DNA from: a virus
Taxonomy: Duplodnaviria > Caudoviricetes
Reading direction: 5' to 3' (one strand)
Virus record (IMG/VR): IMGVR_UViG_3300044723_007303
Coordinates: 1-24,755 of that record
DNA: 24,755 bases
A model generated the notes under the pieces. That model made no database searches, was not told where the DNA came from, and was given only the letters and a program-made list of their open reading frames with translations. Shown piece by piece: positions 18,322 through 24,755 of this stretch. Each line of letters begins with the position of its first letter. Position 1 is the stretch's first letter. Both the position numbers and the translations under genes were made by a program.

Positions 18322-19578
18322 ATGGGCTTGAATATTTTTAATCCGTCAAGCACTAGTGCTCTTCGCGATAATATGTATGGAAATACTAATTCAGGACCAT
18401 CACTAGATTTACAATTTGCAAAATACAAATCTCTTGAAGATTATGTAACTGGTAAGAATTTAATTACATTTACCAGAGGTTCTGCAGCAACTTATGTTGA
18501 TTCTAATGGAGTAATCCAAACTGCTGCTACAGATGAACCACGATTTGATCATGACCCCGTGACTGGTGAAAGTCTGGGGTTGTTGGTTGAAGAGAGTAGG
18601 ACGAATCTGCTAAAGTATAGCTCTGATTTAGTAACAAATTGGGTGCCTGTATTTGCTACGAAAACAGCAACGGCAGCAACAGCGCCAAATGGGGTTTTGG
18701 AAGCAATAAAACTAATGCCGGATGCAACCATAGCGTCACATTATGTGTACCAAACGGTATCTACTGGAGGTGCGTACACCTTCAGCACTTACGTCAAGGC
18801 AGCGGGGTATAACATAGTTTCCTTATATGCCGGCGGGCAATCTTATGCTCGATTCAATTTGGCCACTGGATCGGTAATTGGAGAAAATGCATTTTCATCA
18901 TCTAGGATTGAAAATCTGACTAATGGTTGGTTTAGGATTTCGGCATTTATTGACAACATAGGCGCCTCAGCGCAGTATCGCATCTATGCGTGGGACGATG
19001 CAGATTTTGGCAATTACTCTGGTGACGGCACCTCCGGCATCTACATCTGGGGCGCCCAACTAGAAGCAGGATCCTTTCCAACCTCCTACATCCCAACTAG
19101 CGGATCAACAGTAACCCGTGCTGTTGATGTGGCAAGTATTACGGGGAGTAATTTTAGTAGTTGGTATAACCAGAGTGAAGGGACCATAGTTGCGTCGTTC
19201 CCACAGCAAACATACGCAACAGGTGGTGCAAAAAGAATTCTTTCCTTTGCTAACGATGACATAGATTCTATGTCGGCAGGATCTGGAATTATTTTTGGAA
19301 GTCACACCGGAGGCGTAACTGAACAACGATGGAGAATAAGGGGAGATGTTGTTAGGGGTTTTAGCATTTCTACTGGAATCAATAATACTGGACTTGCTTA
19401 TGCTGCAAATGACTCTGCAATGGTCTTTGATGGTGGAACTGTAGAAACTATAGCAGACGTATCACTTTCTGTATCTTTGGATAGGTTAAAGATATTTCCA
19501 CTTAATGCGAACATCTCCCGCTTCACCTACTTCCCAACCCGCCTCAGTAACGCACTACTTCAAAAACTCACCAAATAA
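18322..19578 (+). CDS. Putative adhesin / spike-fibre protein with carbohydrate-binding-like and LamG/ConA-like domains (418 aa)
   Basis: PSLDLQFA; FTRGSAATYVDSNG; RFDHDPVTGESLGLLVEESRTN; variable beta domain; IWGAQLEAGSFPTSYIPT; TVTRAVDVASITG.NFSSWYNQSEGT; second beta domain; ISRFTYFPTRL. Good SD. Fold assignments are inferred from motif pattern only. Confidence 0.7.
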   Translation: MGLNIFNPSSTSALRDNMYGNTNSGPSLDLQFAKYKSLEDYVTGKNLITFTRGSAATYVDSNGVIQTAATDEPRFDHDPVTGESLGLLVEESRTNLLKYSSDLVTNWVPVFATKTATAATAPNGVLEAIKLMPDATIASHYVYQTVSTGGAYTFSTYVKAAGYNIVSLYAGGQSYARFNLATGSVIGENAFSSSRIENLTNGWFRISAFIDNIGASAQYRIYAWDDADFGNYSGDGTSGIYIWGAQLEAGSFPTSYIPTSGSTVTRAVDVASITGSNFSSWYNQSEGTIVASFPQQTYATGGAKRILSFANDDIDSMSAGSGIIFGSHTGGVTEQRWRIRGDVVRGFSISTGINNTGLAYAANDSAMVFDGGTVETIADVSLSVSLDRLKIFPLNANISRFTYFPTRLSNALLQKLTK

Positions 19579-21511
19579 ATAACAATAACATAACATTTAG
19601 AAGATGGCAACGATATACGGAACAAATAATGATTTTCAAGTTCCATCACTAGACTTAAGGTTTGCTGATCGTAAGAATCTTGTTGATACGATTAGTGGTA
19701 GGAACTTAATCACTTTCAGTCGTAATTCAATTGGAACTTATGTAGATGAGAATGGTGTCATCCAAAGTGCTACGGCTAATGAGGCACGATTTGATCATGA
19801 CCCGGCTACTGGGGAGAGTCTTGGGTTGTTGGTAGAGGAGAGTAGGACGAATGAATTAACTTACAGTGATAAATTATCTCAATCACCATGGGTCCTGTAC
19901 AATTCTACAGGCACCTTAACTCCTAATTCCACTATTGCTCCAGATGATACTAATAGCGCATATTTGTTTACTCCAGACAGTACGACTGGGGCATATATTA
20001 TTAGGTATCCGTTTTCTTTTAATACTGGTATCACTTACACTGTTAGTTGTTTCGTGAAAGCTGCTGGTCGTAGATATGTACATTTGGCTGTTGGGGGGCT
20101 GGCCCTTGGTACTCCAAATTATACATACCGCAGAGGTGTATTTGACCTAGTAGATGGGGTTGTGTACGATCAACCGACAAGTGACATTTCACACCCCGCT
20201 AGCGCCGATATCCAATCATATGGCAATGGGTGGTATAGGTGCAGTTTTACGATTAGAATTGAGCTTGGAGGAAATGCAAATTTTGACATTTATCATGCTG
20301 ACAGTTTAGATCCAACAACTAACAGTGTAAGTGATGGGAATAGTGTTGACGGCATCTACGTCTGGGGAGCTCAACTAGAACAAGGTTCTTTCCCCACCTC
20401 CTACATCCCAACCCCTGCAACCTTCACCAGTCGCGCCTCTAATGCCACGTACTATGACGCCTCTGGTGTTATTCAGACGGCAGGTATTGATGTAGCACGG
20501 GATAATGCTTATTTCCCTGATGAGAATGGCGTGATGCAACCGGCGGGGTTGTTGTTGGAGGGAAGTGGGACTAATTTGGTTACTTATAGTGAGAATTTTA
20601 CCACAAGTGGGTGGTGGGATACTAGCCAAAACAACACAGTAACACCCAATGCCACTGCATCGCCAACAGGAGCAACTGATGCTTCTTTGTTTACTAGCTC
20701 AGGCGGAGGCACGGGATCTTCTTTTGTAAGAAGAACTGGATATTCATTGAGTGGAGCAACATATACTTTGAGCGTATTTGCTAAAGCCGCAAACTCTAGT
20801 ATTATATGGGTTTCAATTTATAACGATGGGTTTAAGTACTTTGATCTAAGCAATGGAACCAAAAGTGGAACTGGAACAGAAATCCAAGAGCTAGTAAATG
20901 GGTGGTACAGATGTTCAGTTACAGCAACGTCTGGACCCTCAAACATTGGAATGGGTCTTTGTGATGCTTTCGGGAGTACAAATTGTACACTAGATGGGTC
21001 AAAAAGTGTTTATTTCTGGGGTGCCCAAATAGAAGAATCCCCCTACCCCACCTCCTACATCCCCACCGCAGGTTCTACCGTCACCCGTGCTGCTGACGTT
21101 AGTAGTAGTTCTACGGTGACAAGGGCGGCGGATGTGGCGAGTATTACTGGGACTAACTTTAGCTCTTGGTATAACCAAAGTGAAGGGACAGCGTTTGCTG
21201 AGTATGATGGTCTTAAAGACTACGCTAGAGTGCTTTTTTTAAATACTAATAAAGTATTCATAACTAGTAGATCAACAATAAATCAAGCATACGATGGCGT
21301 CACAGATATTGCCAGTGTGATCGACCCTCAGATAACACTGGGCGATACAAGAAAATCAGTAACTGCATATAGCGGGACCACTGTCACTCTTACTGTAAGC
21401 GGCCTTATTCCGAATACAGGTAACCTTGACTTTACATCAACAACCAACACTGGGGCATATCTTGGCGGTCAAGGAGGCAGTAGCAACGTCTTAAACGGCC
21501 ACATCTCCCGC
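18539..21511 (+). repeat. Dispersed short exact DNA repeats at domain boundaries of the adhesin paralogs
   Basis: CACGATTTGATCATGACCC at 18539 and 19785; GAGAGTAGGACGAAT in both genes; ACCTCCTACATCCC at 19081, 20396 and 21050; TTGGTATAACCA at 19161 and 21166; ACATCTCCCGC at 19511 and 21501. Confidence 0.9.
19574..19581 (+). promoter_or_regulatory. Late promoter core variant AATAAATA overlapping the stop of the 418-aa gene
   Basis: NATAAATA, 22 nt before ATG 19604. Confidence 0.65.
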
Positions 21512-21568
21512 CTCACGTACTTCCCCGAGCGTTTGCCCGACGCAACTCTTCAGGCAATTACAAGTTGA
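19604..21568 (+). CDS. Paralogous adhesin / spike-fibre protein with one extra module (654 aa)
   Basis: Same conserved blocks as 18322..19578 but two GLL.E...TN / variable / WGAQ.E..PTSYIPT units and a duplicated STVTRAADV. Confidence 0.72.
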   Translation: MATIYGTNNDFQVPSLDLRFADRKNLVDTISGRNLITFSRNSIGTYVDENGVIQSATANEARFDHDPATGESLGLLVEESRTNELTYSDKLSQSPWVLYNSTGTLTPNSTIAPDDTNSAYLFTPDSTTGAYIIRYPFSFNTGITYTVSCFVKAAGRRYVHLAVGGLALGTPNYTYRRGVFDLVDGVVYDQPTSDISHPASADIQSYGNGWYRCSFTIRIELGGNANFDIYHADSLDPTTNSVSDGNSVDGIYVWGAQLEQGSFPTSYIPTPATFTSRASNATYYDASGVIQTAGIDVARDNAYFPDENGVMQPAGLLLEGSGTNLVTYSENFTTSGWWDTSQNNTVTPNATASPTGATDASLFTSSGGGTGSSFVRRTGYSLSGATYTLSVFAKAANSSIIWVSIYNDGFKYFDLSNGTKSGTGTEIQELVNGWYRCSVTATSGPSNIGMGLCDAFGSTNCTLDGSKSVYFWGAQIEESPYPTSYIPTAGSTVTRAADVSSSSTVTRAADVASITGTNFSSWYNQSEGTAFAEYDGLKDYARVLFLNTNKVFITSRSTINQAYDGVTDIASVIDPQITLGDTRKSVTAYSGTTVTLTVSGLIPNTGNLDFTSTTNTGAYLGGQGGSSNVLNGHISRLTYFPERLPDATLQAITS

Positions 21569-21576
21569 TATAAATA
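21569..21576 (+). promoter_or_regulatory. T4-type late promoter core
   Basis: Exact TATAAATA immediately after the TGA of the 654-aa gene, 28 nt before ATG 21605. Confidence 0.88.
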
Positions 21577-21604
21577 ATTCATCATATCATTCTACATAAA
21601 AGAC

Positions 21605-21790
21605 ATGGATACTGAAACATTAAAGAAAAATTTTGAAGAACAACTTTCTCAGGCAGAAAAACAAATTTCAGAACTTGAAGAAAATCTTTTCAAAGCAAAA
21701 GAATATAAACTAAAACTGCAAGGTGGTCTAGAAACACTCAGTCTTCTAGAAGGAAATTCAGAACCTAAAGAAGGTTCTCCAGCAGAATAA
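21605..21790 (+). CDS. Small coiled-coil protein (61 aa) upstream of gp13
   Basis: Own late promoter; heptad pattern 'LKKNFEEQLSQAEKQISELEENL...KLQGGLETLSLL'. Confidence 0.8.
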   Translation: MDTETLKKNFEEQLSQAEKQISELEENLFKAKEYKLKLQGGLETLSLLEGNSEPKEGSPAE

Positions 21791-21797
21791 GTCCCAG

Positions 21798-21832
21798 ATC
21801 CCTTCTTCCTAAATAGGTAAGAAGGGATTTTT
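21798..21832 (+). terminator. Intrinsic terminator-like hairpin with a late promoter core (CTAAATA) at its apex
   Basis: ATCCCTTCTT (21798-21807) pairs perfectly with AAGAAGGGAT (21819-21828), extended by CCT/AGG around an AAAT loop with one bulged T; short T-run 21828-21832. Confidence 0.7.
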
Positions 21833-21839
21833 GTGTGTA

Positions 21840-22640
21840 ATGGCATCTCCAAGTTCAAGAGCTGATCTCATCACTTATTGTAAGAGACAGCTTGGCGAAC
21901 CTGTACTCCAAGTTAATATTGACGACGAGCAGGTAAATAATGTAATAGACGATACCATACAATTCTTTCAAGAGAATTGTTATAATGGTATGGAGCGTTG
22001 TTATCTAAGGCATAACATGACTGCTGAAGATACAACAAGATTTGCTGGAGAAGTTACTACAACTACAGGAACAACTGATTGGGAGGAAGCAACAAATTAT
22101 ATTCCTATCCCAGATCATGTTGTAGGCATTACAAAAGTATTTGGTCTTGTTAGCAATTCAATTCGTTCAAATCTTTTTGGTGTTGAATACCAACTATTTT
22201 TAAATGATCTATATGCATTTGGATCTCTTGATATTTTAAATTATTATATGACAAAACAATATCTAGAAACACTAGATATGGTTCTTAATAATGGATCATT
22301 TCAGCAATTTAGATATACTATGCGTCGTGATAGATTGTATTTGGATATCAATAAAGATTTTTTAAATGAAGGAAAATATTTGTTGATTGAAGCACATCGT
22401 TTGATTGATCCAAATGATGCTACAGAAATGTATAATGATATGTTTGTGAAGAGATATGCTACTTCTCTCATGAAGAAGCAGTGGGGTATGAATTTGATCA
22501 AATATAATAATGTTCAATTGCCTGGTGGTATTACTTTAAATGGCAGACAAATTTATGAAGATGCCATCAGAGAAATTGAAAAAATTGAATCTGAAGTTTT
22601 AAGTAAGTATGCAATCCCGCCAATGGACATGATCGGATAA
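21840..22640 (+). CDS. gp13: Neck protein gp13
   Basis: MASPSSRADLITYCKRQLGEPVLQVNIDDEQV; C-terminal 'KKQWGMNLIKYNNVQLPGGITLNGRQIYEDA...PPMDMIG'. Start placed at ATG 21840 rather than TTG 21831. Confidence 0.93.
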   Translation: MASPSSRADLITYCKRQLGEPVLQVNIDDEQVNNVIDDTIQFFQENCYNGMERCYLRHNMTAEDTTRFAGEVTTTTGTTDWEEATNYIPIPDHVVGITKVFGLVSNSIRSNLFGVEYQLFLNDLYAFGSLDILNYYMTKQYLETLDMVLNNGSFQQFRYTMRRDRLYLDINKDFLNEGKYLLIEAHRLIDPNDATEMYNDMFVKRYATSLMKKQWGMNLIKYNNVQLPGGITLNGRQIYEDAIREIEKIESEVLSKYAIPPMDMIG

Positions 22641-22646
22641 AGAAAT

Positions 22647-23525
22647 ATGCCTACTAGTCCCTATTTTCCAACATATTATCAAGGAGATTCTGGTGAGCAA
22701 GGTTTGTATCAAGACCTTGTTGATGAACAGATCAAATTGTTTGGTTCTGATATCTACTACATGCCAAGAACAATTTTGAAAGACAATACTCTTGATGATA
22801 TTGTTTATTCAAAATATCAAAGTCAATTCCAAATTGAAATGTTACTAAGTAATGTAGAAGGTTTTGGAGATACTTCAGAATTTATTAGTAAGTTTGGTCT
22901 ACGTATTACAGACGAAGTTAAGTTTAGAGTCTCTACAAGGAGATGGGATGAAGCATCTGCATCATATAATCTTACAGTAAATGGCAGACCAAATGAAGGT
23001 GACTTGCTTTATTTTCCATTAACTCAAGATTTATATGAAATAAAATTTGTAGAGAGAGAAAGTCCTTTTTATCAGTTTGGTAAGATTCAATTCTATACTA
23101 TGACTGCAGAAATTTATGAGTTAGGTAGTGATGATATTTCAACAGGCGTTGCTGAGATTGACGAAATTGAAACCTTATTTAGCAGCGCTATCGCTCTTAC
23201 TCTTTCTGTGGGCGGGACTGGAAGTTATGCAGTGGGGGAGACAGTTACAGGGACGACGACGGACATCACTGCAGAGGTTAAGTCTTGGGACGAAACGTCA
23301 AGAATCTTACAAGTCATTAATAGAACTGGAACTTTTGCTACAGGAGAAGGATTAACTGGCAACGATAATGGCGCTGTCTGGGTTGTTGGCACATTTGACA
23401 CTCTAAATAATACTAACAGCGAATACGATCAAAATAGAGAAATTGAAGATTCTGCTGACAATATAATTGATTGGACTGAAGTAAATCCATTTGGTGAGTT
23501 TGGAAATTTTACAGGTAGTATCTAA
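22647..23525 (+). CDS. gp14: Neck protein gp14
   Basis: 'EQGLYQDLVDEQIKLFGSDIYYMPR', 'SKFGLRITDE', 'RPNEGDLLYFP', 'PFYQFGK', C-terminal 'IIDWTEVNPFGE'; between gp13 and gp15. Confidence 0.92.
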   Translation: MPTSPYFPTYYQGDSGEQGLYQDLVDEQIKLFGSDIYYMPRTILKDNTLDDIVYSKYQSQFQIEMLLSNVEGFGDTSEFISKFGLRITDEVKFRVSTRRWDEASASYNLTVNGRPNEGDLLYFPLTQDLYEIKFVERESPFYQFGKIQFYTMTAEIYELGSDDISTGVAEIDEIETLFSSAIALTLSVGGTGSYAVGETVTGTTTDITAEVKSWDETSRILQVINRTGTFATGEGLTGNDNGAVWVVGTFDTLNNTNSEYDQNREIEDSADNIIDWTEVNPFGEFGNFTGSI

Positions 23526-24328
23526 TGTTAGGATCACATTTTTATAACGAGATTACTCGCAAAAATATTATTGCTTTTGGAACTCTCTTCAATAATATTA
23601 CTTTAAAGAAAAAAGATCCACAAACTGGTGATGTTTTAGAAGAAGAAAAAGTTCCTTTGGCTTATGGTCCAAAGCAAAAGTTTCTTACTAGATTAGAACA
23701 AAATCCAGATGTTGGTAGAAAAGTTGCAATTACTTTGCCACGTTTATATTTTGAGATGACAGGAATTGATTACGATTCAACCCGTAAAACTTCACCAATT
23801 CAAAAATACAAAGCGATCCTTGATGATAATGGTAATGAAGTCAAGGTTCAATATGTTCCTGTTCCTTATAATATGAGTTTTGAACTTGGTATTATTGGAA
23901 AGTCACAAGATGATGCTTTACAAATTATAGAGCAGATTCTACCATATTTCCAACCATCTTTTTCTGTCACTCTTAATATGATTCCAGACATGAATGAAAA
24001 AAGAGATGTTGCAATTGTATTAAACAATATTAACTATGAAGATGAGTGGGACGATAGTTTTTTACAAAGAAGATATATCGTATATACTTTAAACTTTACT
24101 GCTAAAACTTATTTCTACGGACCTTACAGTCAATCTGATGTCATTAGAAAAGCAATTGTCTATGAAACCATTGGAGATCTTAGCGTCAATAGAAGGGCAA
24201 TTGAAAGAACATATACACCTAAAGCACTTACTGATCTTGATGGTGACGGAGACATTGACGCGCAAGATGACGCAATCTTAACAGCAGTTGATGATTTTGG
24301 ATTTAATGAAGGGATTAAATACTTATGA
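23525..24328 (+). CDS. gp15: Tail sheath stabilizer / tail terminator gp15
   Basis: 'FYNEITRKNIIAFGTLFNNI', 'KVPLAYGPKQKFL', 'LPRLYFEMTGIDYDSTRK', 'PVPYN', 'QIIEQILPYFQP'. Confidence 0.94.
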   Translation: MLGSHFYNEITRKNIIAFGTLFNNITLKKKDPQTGDVLEEEKVPLAYGPKQKFLTRLEQNPDVGRKVAITLPRLYFEMTGIDYDSTRKTSPIQKYKAILDDNGNEVKVQYVPVPYNMSFELGIIGKSQDDALQIIEQILPYFQPSFSVTLNMIPDMNEKRDVAIVLNNINYEDEWDDSFLQRRYIVYTLNFTAKTYFYGPYSQSDVIRKAIVYETIGDLSVNRRAIERTYTPKALTDLDGDGDIDAQDDAILTAVDDFGFNEGIKYL

Positions 24329-24735
24329 AACTAGAAGATAATATGGAAGAGATCCTCAATATTAGTGCTGAACCAGTTGAGGAAAGTAAACCGATCAAAC
24401 CAAAACCACCAGAGGTGGATAAGGATGACCGTACAAAAGATTATGAATATACCAGAGGTGAGTTATACAGCCTCATAGATCAGGGTCAGGAGGCGGTCAA
24501 AGGCGCTTTAGAGGTCGCTCAGGAGTCAGGGCACCCAAGAGCGTATGAAGTCGCTGTAGCGGCAATGAAGCACGTTGCAGACATGACTGAGAAACTCCAA
24601 GACCTACATAAGAAGATGAAAGATCTTGATGAAGAGAAGAAAGGTCCAACCAAGGTCACCAACAACGCTATGTTTGTTGGCAGCACTTCTGAACTACAGA
24701 AGATGCTAAAAGAAATGAGCGGCGGCAAAAGATAA
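24325..24735 (+). CDS. gp16: Terminase small subunit gp16
   Basis: 'DYEYTRGELYSLI', 'ALEVAQESGHPRAYEV', 'TNNAMFVGSTSELQKML'; ATGA overlap with gp15. Confidence 0.94.
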   Translation: MKLEDNMEEILNISAEPVEESKPIKPKPPEVDKDDRTKDYEYTRGELYSLIDQGQEAVKGALEVAQESGHPRAYEVAVAAMKHVADMTEKLQDLHKKMKDLDEEKKGPTKVTNNAMFVGSTSELQKMLKEMSGGKR

Positions 24736-24738
24736 ATA
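24731..24738 (+). promoter_or_regulatory. Late promoter core variant GATAAATA overlapping the gp16 stop
   Basis: NATAAATA at the gene end; would drive the next gene outside the window. Confidence 0.62.
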
Positions 24739-24755
24739 GTAAAAAAACAGATCCA

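Noticed and set aside
18322-21568. Diversity-generating retroelement (template/variable repeat pair)
   Set aside because: No reverse transcriptase in the window and no ~100-bp near-identical pair differing only at adenines; repeats are short and flank, rather than cover, the variable regions.
18539-21568. Shufflon / invertible cassette with exact inverted repeats
   Set aside because: Entry and exit tracts are only loosely complementary, as expected from their composition; all modules are in the sense orientation and no site-specific recombinase is present.
21831-21839. TTG start for gp13
   Set aside because: Lies in the hairpin's T-run; ATG 21840 gives the typical MAxPxSR N-terminus.
23403-24321. 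CTAAATA at 23403 and TTAAATA at 24315 as late promoters for gp15 and gp16
   Set aside because: Imperfect matches are frequent in AT-rich DNA, and the second is too close to the ATG; possible but not supportable.
4415-24728. Short minus-strand ORFs (60-96 aa) and the short alternative-frame + ORFs 16498..16737 and 23128..23355
   Set aside because: All lie within or largely overlap well-supported + strand genes and lack recognisable motifs; treated as shadow ORFs.
1-24755. tRNA, rRNA, intron, intein or homing endonuclease
   Set aside because: No intergenic space for RNA genes, no interrupted core genes, and no intein or LAGLIDADG/HNH/GIY-YIG motifs recognised.

Overview
AT-rich, entirely + strand late structural operon of a T4-like myovirus, most consistent with a marine cyanophage (Kyanoviridae-type gene order and motifs). 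Gene order: 3' part of a giant gp7-like baseplate wedge gene (open from before base 1), gp8, a 2694-aa VrlC/DUF4815-like virion protein, then a variable block (13.7-21.8 kb) of tailspike/fibre/adhesin-like genes, then gp13, gp14, gp15 and gp16. T4-type late promoter cores (TATAAATA and variants) punctuate the operon. Best candidate for an undescribed system: in the adhesin-like paralogs each variable domain is opened by a G/T-rich tract and closed by a C/A-rich tract, built largely from synonymous codon choices opposite to the genome's A/T-ending bias. Two apparent rearrangement products have breakpoints at these tracts: an unannotated 137-bp 'empty' paralog (N-terminus fused out of frame to the C-terminus, 18128-18264) and a nested module insertion in the 654-aa gene. 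This suggests a strand-polarised domain-shuffling system for receptor-binding proteins; no recombinase or reverse transcriptase is encoded in the window, so the mechanism is inference. Also notable: a hairpin upstream of gp13 with a late promoter core at its apex. All calls come from reading the sequence; no searches were run.
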